NCBI GenBank assembly: GCA_000004695.1
Contig: CM000150.2
Location: forward strand, 4,576,001-4,640,000
DNA: 64,000 bases
Reading direction: 5' to 3'
Origin: Dictyostelium discoideum
Taxonomy: Eukaryota
The position numbers and the translations under genes are program-made. Shown one piece after another: positions 1 through 14,926 of the stretch. Position 1 is the stretch's first letter. Each line of letters opens with the position of its first letter. The notes beneath the pieces were generated by a model that saw only the letters and a program-made list of their open reading frames with translations, made no database searches and was not told where the DNA came from.

Positions 1-952
1 TTAGTTGATTTCCTAAAAATGATTTTTTTTCTATTTTTAATTAATGTGACAATGTTTTTTTTTATTATTGTTTTTTTTTTTTTATTATATTTATTTATTT
101 TTTTTTATTTTTTATTTTTTATTTTTTATTTTATTTATTTATTTTTTGAGTGTTTAATTAAATTTTACAAATTAACTTACTTGATATTATTATTATTATT
201 ATTATTTTTATTACAATACAGTTAAAATATATGTTGTGATTTGTGTGTATGTGGTGGTATATGTTGAGTGTGTGTGAGTGTGGTGTGTGTATATTTAAGT
301 TGTGGGTGAATGTATTTATTTATATTGTTAAATATAATATGTGATATTTGAAACAATGAATGTCCTTTTTTATATTTTTTATTTTTTTATTTTTTTTTTT
401 GTTTTGTTTTATATTCTCTTTTATTTTTTTTTATTTTTATTTATTTTTATTTATTGTTATTTTTATGATAACTAATAATTGGAAAAAAAAATAAATAAAA
501 TGAAGGTAAAAAAAAAAAAAAAAAAAAATAATCTAAAAATACAACAATATATCTTTGTACTATCACGTTAATTATTTTTAAATTTTTTTTTTTATCTTTT
601 GACAAACAAAACAAAATAAAATTAAAAAAAAAAATAAAATAAAAAAAAAAAAAAAAAACAAAAATGGGCGAAAATTTCGAAAACCAGTGCAAACTGCCCA
701 ACACACAACCAAATAAAATCTTTTTTTTTTTTTTTTTTTCTTTTTTTTTATTTTCATTTTATTTTTTATTTTTTTTTTTTTTGATGGTTCAAGGTTTTCT
801 TATTTTCAAATAAAAAGTTTGTTTATCAAATCAAATCAATTTGATTTGAATTTTATTTTTATTTTTTTATTTTTTTTTATTTTTTTATTTTCATTTTTAA
901 AATATTTTTTTTATTTTTATTTTATTTTTATTTTATTTTTTTTTTTTTTACA

Positions 953-1576
953 TTAATGTAAGGATGGAATTGAAATGAAAAATGGATTATGAGCATTACA
1001 ATTTTCTTTACAACAAGATGAAAATTCTTGATTACATTGAGGATCTAAAGTTGAAGTTTTCCTACCACTACATGGTACACATTGAAGTGGTGGTGGTCCC
1101 CAAATGTTTAAACAAGTTGAAACTTTTAATGTACCACAATATTGATTCGTTTGATTATTGTAACAATTAATCCTTGAAGGACATTCAAATTTTGGTAAAA
1201 ATTCTTTAACAATTCCCCAAACACTTTTCTCACCATTTATTTCATCACCCATTACAAATTGATTACTCTTTATGTAATCTTGATTTACAGGGAATCCATA
1301 GTCATCTAAAACACTACTTAAACCAAAACCACCAACTGGTATATGATTACATCTTGGTGATTGTGATCCAATGAATTTTAATCCTTTAAATCTTAATTCT
1401 AAATATCTATCATGATTCCAACAATCACAATTATTTTTTAATAATTCTGGTTTATTCGTATTTGGTTTATTTTCAATTTTATCTTCAAATTTCTATAAAA
1501 TAATAATAATAAAAAAAATTATTAATAAATACCAACCTTTGGTTCCTTTTAAAACCCAAAAATATGGGGGTGTGAA

Positions 1577-1629
<53 letters not shown>

Positions 1630-2426
1630 AAAATACATACATTTTCAATTACCCAATTTTCAATTATATTAAAATCTAAAATTAATTGATTAATAATTGA
1701 TCTATCTAATAGCCAAGATAAAACTTTAAATTCAATTTCACCATTAAAAGTGACTTTATTTAATTGATTTGGTACTAAAAGTGATAAAGAGTTTTCATTT
1801 CTTATACTTTTTCTTTTAAGTGGTTTATCTAATAACCAATTATATTGTGGATGAGTTGTATGTAGAAAGAATGCAGTGGTAGCGAATTTAATTGATTTAT
1901 CTTTTTTCATTATTGATTTTGAAGCTTCAAAAAATTCGAAAACATCTTTTGAAATTTCAACATCCTCTTCAAATATAATTAATGATTGTAAATTTGGAAA
2001 TAACTTTTCAACAGTGAATTTCATACCGTGTACTAAATTTTTAAATGCAAAATATGCATTCCCATATGGTTGTTTACTTGATGATTCAGTTTCAATATGT
2101 GTTATTGATTTAAATAATTTTTGATTTTGATTTTGGTTTATTTTTTCATTTAAAATATCTTCCAATTGATTATACTCGTTATAATCGTTCATTGAAACTG
2201 ATTGTGTTAATACTAAATGATATTCGTTAGAATGATTTGCACTAATTATACTATCTAAACATTTACTAAAATCATTCATTCTTTTGAATGTCATTATTAA
2301 TATAACTTTTACATCTTCACTTGAATCTATAATTTCTTCATTTTTAAATAATGATTTTGGTGTAGTGTTTGATTTTACAATATTAACAAAAATAAATATT
2401 AATAAAAATAATGAAAAAATTTTCAT
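953..2426 (-). CDS. Glycosyltransferase family 13 (N-acetylglucosaminyltransferase I-like) secreted/type II protein, 2 exons: complement(join(953..1492,1641..2426)), about 441 aa
   Basis: ORFs 1485..2426(-) and 953..1252(-) are joined by a 148-nt intron. The donor is GAAAAT|GTATGT (plus 1640..1635) and the acceptor is TTTATAG| (plus 1493), phase 0. The intron contains a long poly(A/T) tract. There is an N-terminal signal/anchor (MKIFSLFLLIFIFVNIVKS). The motif 'IIFEEDVEISKDVFEFF' resembles the GT13 EDD motif (MGAT1 'IMEDDLEVAPDFFEYF'). Confidence 0.6.
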
Positions 2427-3149
2427 TTGTTAATATTAACAAGAATGTGTTTTTCAAATTTCGATCATTTTTTTTTTTTTTTTTTTTTAAATTTTTTTTT
2501 ATTTTTAATTTTTTTTTTTCACCCTACTTTTTTTTTATCTATTAATTTATTTTTATTTTATTTATATTTGCCTACTTTTTATGATTTATCATTAGATTTC
2601 AGATTATTTTTTATTTATATATATATATATTTTTTTTATTTATTTTATTTTTTTTTGAGAATATATTCCATAATGTGTATATTGTTAATTTTTTATGTTG
2701 GCAAAAATTAAAAAATGTTTGATTATGAATAATATATTTTCACCACACTTCAACACTCATAAAAAAAGACCCACAGTATGAGATAATTAAAAGACACATC
2801 GTTTTCTAATAAAAGTGGGGAAAAAAATAATAAAAAAAAATAAAAAAATCATATAATTATATGAAATATACACACAATTTGTTTTTATTTTTTTTTTATT
2901 TTTTTTTTTTATTATTTTTTTTATTTTTTTTCATTTTTTTTGTATTTGTATTTTTTTTTTATCTTTCTTATTTTTTTATTTTTATTTTTCCACATATATT
3001 ATTCTTTATTTTTTGAAGATTATGATTTCAGATACATTGGAAATCAATTTGTCAAAAACGGTAACTATTTTTCAAATAATATTACTTTAAATGTTGTTAT
3101 TTTTTATAATTATTAATATTTTTTTTTTTTTTCCAACTGACAATTTTAA

Positions 3150-3180
<31 letters not shown>

Positions 3181-3455
3181 GTAATTCAGTCCAAGATTTC
3201 GTTTAATTTAAGAATACCTTTTCATTTTGTAGTTGGATTGGGCCTTTGAAATGTAAGTTTTCTACTTTTTTCAAATAATAAAACCTTTTTTTTAAATGAA
3301 TTTATTTTAATAGTAATATTATTTTTTTTTTTATTTCTTCTTTTTTGATTTCTTTTTTTTTTTTTTTTTTATTTTTTAATAGAAAAAATTATTTAACATT
3401 ATCATTTATGATTCCAATTTATTTAAACTTTCTCTTTTAAATTCATTTTTTATAG

Positions 3456-3487
<32 letters not shown>

Positions 3488-3490
<3 letters not shown>

Positions 3491-4763
3491 AAAAATAATT
3501 ATTCATTGCTATTACTACTATTATTTATAAATATATTTTTTATTTCATTTGGTTCATCAATGAATCAAGTTACTTTGGATGAAACAACAAATTATATTTT
3601 TCAATGGGAATTGATAGAAAATGATGAAATTTTAATAATATGTAAATATAAACTCTTTTTTTTTTTTTTTTTTTTAATTTAGATTTACTAATTTAATTTT
3701 TTTATTATTTATTTTTTAATTTTTATTTTTTTAAAAAAAAAAAGTATCAGCAAATATAAAAACATGGTTGGGTATTGGATGGGGAAATGAAATTAATGGA
3801 ATGAGTAATGCAGATTATGCAATTGGAATATTCGATAATAAAGGTAATTTAAATATGAGTGATATGGTAGTAACACCAACTCAAAAAATGAATAAGCCAA
3901 GTTACGATACGAAAGTCGGTGGTACAAATGATATTTTAACATCATATGGTTATCAAACATCAGATTACACATATATAAAATTCACAAGAAAATTAGTAAC
4001 TGGCGATTTAGTTGGTGATAGAGATTTATTTGTGGATGGAAGAATGACAACTTTAATTTGGGCAAGAGGTTCATCCCAAAATTTAACATATCACGGTCAA
4101 AATAATCGTGGTGAAATTTCAATTGATCTAAGTGGTGCTAATAAATCAGTTCAAGTAAATAATAGTAAAGATGTGTATCTATATTGGCATATTTCATTAA
4201 TGTTGGGCTCATTTTTAGTTTTAATGCCATTTGGTATTTTCGTAGCAAGATATATGCGTCATTATCACTACTGGTTCCCATTACATTATTTATTACTAGG
4301 CACAGCATTCACATTCTCAATTGTTGCTTTCATTTTAGCATTTATGATGACATCAGATAGAAAATTCTCAAAACATCTATTACATGCCTGGTTTGGTTTA
4401 TTTACAATCATTCTAATGTGTTTAGTTGTAATTGGTGGTGTTATGAGCCACTTGTTATGGAAACCTGATAGAAAGAAAACTCCAATATTTCCTGATATCA
4501 TACATGCTTTTTTGGCAAGATTAACTTATTTAATAGCACTTGTATCAATTTGGACTGGTTTAAATACTTTTGAAATTCCAAAACAATTTTCAATTGTATT
4601 AGGTTTTGTTGTCTCTTTATTCTTTGGTTTAGTTATATTTTTAGAAATTTACAGAAAAAGATACCCAAATTCAGTTGGTGACCATGGTTTTGATAAAAAA
4701 GAAATTAAATTACAAGAAAGAAATAGTAGTACTGTTGATTCAACCATAAATATAAATAATTAA
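3488..4763 (+). CDS. DOMON domain + cytochrome b561 (ferric-reductase-like) membrane protein, 2 exons: join(3488..3641,3751..4763)
   Basis: Exon 1 is a signal peptide (MKNNYSLLLLLLFINIFFISFGSS) ending at the GTAAAT donor at 3642. The acceptor is CAG at 3750, with phase-1 continuity into ORF 3768..4763. The N-terminal half looks like a DOMON fold. The C-terminal half has 5-6 TM helices with four spaced His in 'WHISLM', 'LHYLL', 'HAWFG' and 'HAFLARL', typical of cyt b561. Confidence 0.6.
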
Positions 4764-4777
4764 TTTTTAATTTTCTG

Positions 4778-4815
<38 letters not shown>

Positions 4816-4925
4816 ATAATTAGAATTATAAAAAAATATTCCATTGAGAATATCTCATAAGATATTTTTAATTTTTATTTTATTTTTTTTATTCAACCAC
4901 TAACACCATTTCCCCACCACAATAA

Positions 4926-4976
<51 letters not shown>

Positions 4977-5401
4977 AATTATTTCTATTACTTTCACACT
5001 TTAATAGTAAATTTATATTTTCAAAACAGTAAACAGTTTCCATTAAAATCGTGGAGACCTAATATTTAAATCAAAATAGGAAAATATTATTTTTTTTGTT
5101 AAAGGTATGAAATTCTTTTAAAAAGTTAATAAAATATTTTTTTTTTTATTTTTTTTATTTTTTTTTTTGGTACAGAAAATATACAGAATAAATATTAATT
5201 TCCATTTTTTTTAAATTACGATTGGATATTTTGGTATTTTTTTTTGAAAATAAAAAAGAAAAAAAAATCAGAAAAATATCTTAAAAAAAATAAAAAATCT
5301 AAAATAATGAAGTGGAATGTTTTGAAAATTTTATAATTATTTTTTATTTCATTTTTTTTTTTTTTTTTTTCATTTATTTTTTTTTTTTTTTAAGATATAG
5401 A

Positions 5402-7474
5402 ATGGAAATAAATTTATTGAATTGGTTATTATTAAAAGGAAAAGAAGATTGGATACTTGAATATGTAAAGAGTTTATCAGATAATAATTTACATATAACT
5501 TTAAAATCACTTTATTTTCATTGTATATCTGAAATTGACTTAATTTCCTTTGATAAAAAGTATAGAAATTTACTATTAAAAGATATTGAACCAATTTATT
5601 TAAAATATAATAAAAATTCTCAAGAATTTATATATGGATGTGAAAATTGTTTAATTAAAAATAAAATTAAAGAAATAAATCAAATAAAAGAAAATCAAAA
5701 TTTATTTATCAAACCATTAATTACTTGTTTAGAAATAATAAAAAATAATAAAAGATTATTAATAAAAAAAGAAAATATAAATTTAATATTTAATCAACAG
5801 AGTGGTGAATTATTTTTAAATCAAATTTGGAGAAGTGATAGTATAAAGAATGAAATTATTAATTATTTATCAATTTTTAAATATCACAGATTTAAAATGA
5901 CATTTACATCAATTAAACAAATTCAAAAATATAAATTTAAAGATTATTTAGATCATGTAGAATTATCATTATCAAATTCAAGTTCAAATATAGATGGTGA
6001 ATCTATAAATGATTATTTAGAATTTCAATTACCAAATTCAATTAGAAAATTACAAATTAATTGTAATTATATTGATAATAATAATATTCTACAAACTAAT
6101 GATTACATTGAATATATTAGACCATCATCAATACCACCATCAGTTACATATTTAGATTTTAGTAGTAGTAGTATTGGTAGTTGCACAAATTATCATGATA
6201 ACCAAATAATTTTAAATAATAAACAAACATTACCAACAACAACTACACATTTAAATTATGATACCAATTTTATAAATCAAAGAAATTTTTTTCAGGAATC
6301 AATTACAATTTTAAAATTAGGAAATACTCAATTCACTTATTCAAATGAAAAAATTAAAATTGGTGTTTTACCATCACAATTGATTGAATTAGATCTAGGA
6401 GGTTATTATAATGAAATTGAAGAAAATGTATTACCACCAACTTTAAAATCGTTAACATTATGTCAAAGTTATAATAAAACTATTAAATTAGGTTGTTTAC
6501 CAAGTTCTTTAGAATATCTTTCATTTCATGGCGATTCTAATGCAATTATAAAAGATCATTCAGACACAAAAAAAGGTTGGTGGTCATTTTGGTCATACTT
6601 TTCAAACCAATTAAAAGAATCGCCACATCCACAACCAGTTTTAATTGTAGGTTCATTACCAATTAGTTTAAAAACTTTAAAATTATCATCACATCAATCT
6701 TTTTTAGATATTTTAATCTCAGAAGTTGTATCAATTTCTCATAAGTCTCTTACAAAGTTATCAATTATTCAAGAAAGTAAAATGTTTGATTATAAAACAA
6801 AAAAAGAATTATCAGATAGTGATGCCATTTTAAAATTTAATAATTGGAAACATTTAAATTTTAAATTACCACCGAGTGTAAAAATAATTAAATTAAACAC
6901 AAATAGATACTTTCAATTCTTAGAAAATGATTCATTACCATTCACTCATTTCAAAACAAATTCAACATGGGCAATTAAAACACTACCAAACACATTAAAA
7001 TCAATTTCATTGAAATCTCAATTCGATCCCTTCACAAATAAAAATCGAATAACAAATTATCCAGACTCTTTAGAAACATTAGTCATTGGTTCCATTGCTG
7101 ATATCCCATCGATTGATTCCATACCTAGTTCTTTGATTAGACTAGATCTCCTTTATGATTCTTCTTTTATTCCAAATTTTAATCATAATTTGTTAAAGTG
7201 CTCAAAATTAGTAACATTGAAAATACTATCTTTACCATCAACTTTTACAAAAGAATTAAATATTGATTTAGAATTCCCAAATTTAGAAATTTTATTTGTT
7301 GGTTCTTCAAATCCAAAAATTATAATATCACAACCACTAAAATCTTTAAAATTAAAAAAAATTATTATTAAAAATAATAATTATAATTTTATAGATAATA
7401 ATCTTCAATTTTATTCTCTTTTTAAAGTTTATAATAGTGATATAAAAAAAAATTTTTATAAACTAATATTGTAA
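5402..7474 (+). CDS. FNIP-repeat-containing protein, paralog 1 (about 690 aa, single exon)
   Basis: The long ORF probably starts at ATG 5402 (MEINLLNWLLLKGKEDWILEYV), which is conserved with the two paralogs downstream. It has repeated about 22-aa units such as 'LPSSLEYLSFHGD', 'LPNSIRKLQIN' and 'IPSSLIRLDL', matching the Dictyostelium FNIP repeat pattern (LPxSLxxLxFG..FNxxI). Confidence 0.65.
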   Translation: MEINLLNWLLLKGKEDWILEYVKSLSDNNLHITLKSLYFHCISEIDLISFDKKYRNLLLKDIEPIYLKYNKNSQEFIYGCENCLIKNKIKEINQIKENQNLFIKPLITCLEIIKNNKRLLIKKENINLIFNQQSGELFLNQIWRSDSIKNEIINYLSIFKYHRFKMTFTSIKQIQKYKFKDYLDHVELSLSNSSSNIDGESINDYLEFQLPNSIRKLQINCNYIDNNNILQTNDYIEYIRPSSIPPSVTYLDFSSSSIGSCTNYHDNQIILNNKQTLPTTTTHLNYDTNFINQRNFFQESITILKLGNTQFTYSNEKIKIGVLPSQLIELDLGGYYNEIEENVLPPTLKSLTLCQSYNKTIKLGCLPSSLEYLSFHGDSNAIIKDHSDTKKGWWSFWSYFSNQLKESPHPQPVLIVGSLPISLKTLKLSSHQSFLDILISEVVSISHKSLTKLSIIQESKMFDYKTKKELSDSDAILKFNNWKHLNFKLPPSVKIIKLNTNRYFQFLENDSLPFTHFKTNSTWAIKTLPNTLKSISLKSQFDPFTNKNRITNYPDSLETLVIGSIADIPSIDSIPSSLIRLDLLYDSSFIPNFNHNLLKCSKLVTLKILSLPSTFTKELNIDLEFPNLEILFVGSSNPKIIISQPLKSLKLKKIIIKNNNYNFIDNNLQFYSLFKVYNSDIKKNFYKLIL

Positions 7475-8062
7475 TACAATAAATAAATAAATTCAGTTTT
7501 ATTTCTTTTTTATTATTTTTTTTTTTTAAAGAAATTTTTTTATTTTTAAGATATGTTGTTTCTGTTGCTATTGCTAATAATCAATTGATTTAAAATAATT
7601 TTTAACCTTTTAAAAAAAATATATCATCCCACTATTAGTATTTTTTCAATCTATAAATTTAAAATTAACAAATAAAAAACAATCATAAAAATAAAAATAA
7701 TTTTAATTTTATTGTTTTTTATTAAAATTAAATTATTTTTACCATACTTTCATGAAATAAGAAAATTAATTGAAAAAATTTAATTTTATAAAGACAAAAG
7801 GATTAATAGACATAGTATTAATACAGAATAAATAAAAAAAGTATACCTTTAATCTATTTATACGTTTATTTATTTATTTCATTGTATTTATTTATTATTT
7901 AAAAAACTTGGATAATATAAAATTGGTATGAAAATCTTAATAAGACTTATTGTTTTAATAATATTTAAAACTGAAATTTTAAAAGTAGATAATTTAAAGT
8001 TTTTTTTTTAAAAAATAATATAAATAAAGTAAATCATAAGAAATAAAACAATTTCAAAAATT

Positions 8063-8168
8063 ATGGATAATAACACATTTGAAACAATTTTAATTGGAGG
8101 TGGAGCTTCAGGTTCATTATCTGCAATTAACATTGAAAAAAAGCATCAAGTTTTATTGTTGGAAAAAG
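8063..8168 (+). pseudogene. Orphan N-terminal exon/fragment of an FAD/NAD(P)-binding oxidoreductase (MDNNTFETILIGGGASGSLSAINIEKKHQVLLLEKG), followed by a GTAATG donor; no downstream exons found
   Basis: ATG 8063 opens a Rossmann dinucleotide-binding motif (GGGxSG) and ends at an apparent splice donor at 8169. The next 1.2 kb is low-complexity A-rich sequence and an AT-rich tandem repeat with no coding continuation. Confidence 0.25.
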
Positions 8169-8459
8169 GTAATGAATTATTTCCTACATGTAGTTCCACT
8201 ACATGGAAGTTCTTTTAAAATTCACACTGGATTTCATCATGTTCGTGATCTAAAAAAAAAAATTATGAAAAAAAAAAAAAGTAAAAAAAAAAAAGTAAAA
8301 AAAAAAAAAAAAAAGTTAAAAAAAAAAAAAAAAAAAAAAAAGGTTAAAAAAAAAAAAACGTTTGAAAATATAGTAAAAATGGATAAAAAAAAAAAGAAAA
8401 TAAAAAAATAAAAAAAAAACCAAGTTCAAAATTAATAAAATTTTGCTTGTTTTCGCATA

Positions 8460-9060
8460 TTTATTCTTATAATATATCTTATTTTTATTAATTCAATTCC
8501 TATATTTTTTAAAATAATAAAAAGTTTCATTTAAAATATATATTTTTTTTTTTTTATAAAATTTATTATTTTTTATCTTATTTTTTATCTTATTTTTTAG
8601 GGATTACTTATATTTTAATAAAATATGTTGAATATTATAAAATTTTCCAATTTATAATTTATTTTTTTATTTTTTAAACATCTTATTTTTAAAACCATAA
8701 TTAATAAAATTTATAACCTTCTTATATATTATCTCATTTTTTTAGTATTTATTATATTTTAATAAAATATGTTAAAAATTATATAATGTTTCAATTTTTA
8801 ATATATTTTATTATTTTTTTTATTATTATTTATCTTAATTTTTAATATATTTTATTAAAAAATAATAAAGGTTACATTTTTTATAAAATATCCTATTTTC
8901 TAATAATTATTATAATTATTTTTTAAAAAAAATAACCCCGAATTAATAAAATTTAAAAATTCTAATATATTTTCTTATTTTTTAGTATTAATTAAATTTT
9001 AATAAAAAATGCCATTTTTTTTTTTATAATAAGTTTCATTTTTTATAAAATTTATTTTTT
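8460..9060. repeat. Degenerate AT-rich tandem repeat (about 130-240 bp units) with the recurring core 'TATTTTAATAAAATATGTT'
   Basis: The core recurs at about 8601, 8751 and 8990 with similar flanks ('ttttttagtatt(a/t)att(a)tattttaataaaa'). Confidence 0.35.
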
Positions 9061-9331
9061 TTATTTTTTTGTTATTATTAATCTTATTTTGTAATAATTT
9101 TTATTAATTTATAAAATAGCATTACAAACTTTTATTAAAATTTAATTTAATTAATTATATTTTAACATTTTAATAGGTTTTTTTTTCCAGTGTTATATTT
9201 TTGTTTAAAAAAAAAAAAAAATTATTATTATAATCAAATAATTAAATAATGGTATGTATTTATTTTAGTGTGGGAAAATTGTAAGGGTGGATGTAAATTT
9301 CGGCATTAAAGTGGTGAAAGTAATTTTGTGG

Positions 9332-9364
<33 letters not shown>

Positions 9365-9772
9365 TTATTATTAATTTGTTTTTAAATTTCAAATGATTTT
9401 TATTTGATTTAATCCAATCATATGTAATTAATTTTAATAATCCCTGTATTAATATTTTATCATCTGATAAATTTTTGAAAAAAATACTAAAAGACAATAA
9501 AAAAAAAAAAAATTAAAAAGTAATAATAATTAGCAAAAACAAAAAAAAAGAAAAAAAACAGTTCTTTGTTTAGTTTTTTTTTTTTCTTTTTTTTTTGTAA
9601 ATAATTCTTTAATAAATTTAAATTAAAACTTTCACACGAAAAAATCTGCCGGCATCCGGATATGAAATTTTCATTTTTTAGAAGATGAATTATTTCAATG
9701 AACACTGCCTTAATTAGTCATATGGGCCAACAAAAAATAAGAATTATCTTTCTTTATCGAGACCTATTGGAA

Positions 9773-9884
<112 letters not shown>

Positions 9885-10185
9885 TATTGGTTTTTTATTA
9901 ATAATAATGATGGTGATAATAATAATAATAATAATAATGTATTAGTTTTTTATTAATAATAGACCCAATTGGAGAGTGCTAAACTACGAGCCTGTAAGTA
10001 ATTATCTCACAAATTTTAAATCTGAATTATTATTGTTTTTTTTTTAATTATTTATTAATATTATTTTTTTTATTATTATTTATTTTTTTTTTTTTTTTTT
10101 GCCTAGGTATTTAAAAAAAAAAAAAAATTAAAAAAAAAAAAAAAAAATTAATTTAATTCTTAAATAATTATTTTAAATTGTAAAA

Positions 10186-11127
<942 letters not shown>

Positions 11128-11311
11128 ATTACTTAGTGTCCTGAAAAATAAAACTCAAATTTTGGATTTTAACATCATATTAAAAAAAAATGGAATTAAA
11201 TGGAAAAAAATAATAAAAAAACAACAAATTAATGACACTTTTTTTAATATTAAACTAATTGGAGTTTGTAAAGTTATTGTATGTTTTTTTCAAAGTTATT
11301 TTACGGTATAT

Positions 11312-11347
<36 letters not shown>

Positions 11348-11613
11348 CAACACCTCTATTTTAATTGTTTTATTTTTTTTTATTTTTTTATAATTTTTTT
11401 ATATTTATTTGGTAAAATTGAAAAAAAAAAAAAAATCTAAAAAAAAATATCTACAGTAGATAATTATAATTATTTTTTTAATTTTTTATTTTTTATTTTA
11501 ATTTTTTTTTTTTTTTTTTATTTTTTTTTTATTTTTTTTTTTTTTTGTATTTTTTTTTTTTTTATTATTATTATTAATCAAATAGAAATAGAAATAGAAA
11601 TAGAAATAGAATT

Positions 11614-14316
<2,703 letters not shown>

Positions 14317-14926
14317 TCAATTTTTAATATTGTTTAATGTGGTTGGTATTAATTTTAGGAGTAAAAAAAAAAAAAACATTGTTTAGTTCAAATCGCCATT
14401 CTCTCGCACAAAACCTAAAAATATAAAAATATTTGAAAAAAAAAATAAAAAATAAATTATTAAAAAAAAAAAAAAAAAAAATCAGGCGACCAGTGGCAAA
14501 AATAAAAATAAAACAAAAAACAAAAAAAAACAAAAAAAGGTCAAAAAAACAAAAATAAAAAAAAAATTAAAAATAAAAAAAAAATTATCTGGTTAAAGAG
14601 TTTTTTTTTTTAAATATTTGATTATTACCACTGGTACTATTGTAATACCCAGAATGAAATTAAAAAAACAATTTCATTCCTTTTTTCTTTTTGTTTTTTT
14701 TTAAAATTTGTAAAAAAAAAAAAAAAAAAATTAAAAAAACAAAAAAAATAAAAATAAAAAATCGATCACATATAATTTATAAATATTTATAACTATAATT
14801 AATTTATTTTTAATAAAAAAAAAAAATCTTCATTTATTATATTTTTTTTTAAAAAAATAATATTTTATTTCTTTTTTTATTTTTTTCTATACAATAAAAA
14901 AAAAAAGATTTTTTAAAAAAAAAAAA

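Noticed and set aside
19-704. ORFs 19..225(+) and 447..704(-) encoding poly-F/poly-I peptides
   Set aside because: They are translations of poly(T)/poly(A) intergenic tracts with no codon structure and no start context.
8094-8411. ORF with a K-rich tail (KKKKSKKKKVKKKK)
   Set aside because: The reading frame runs through poly(A) tracts. Only its first about 35 codons overlap the plausible FAD exon, and in a different frame.
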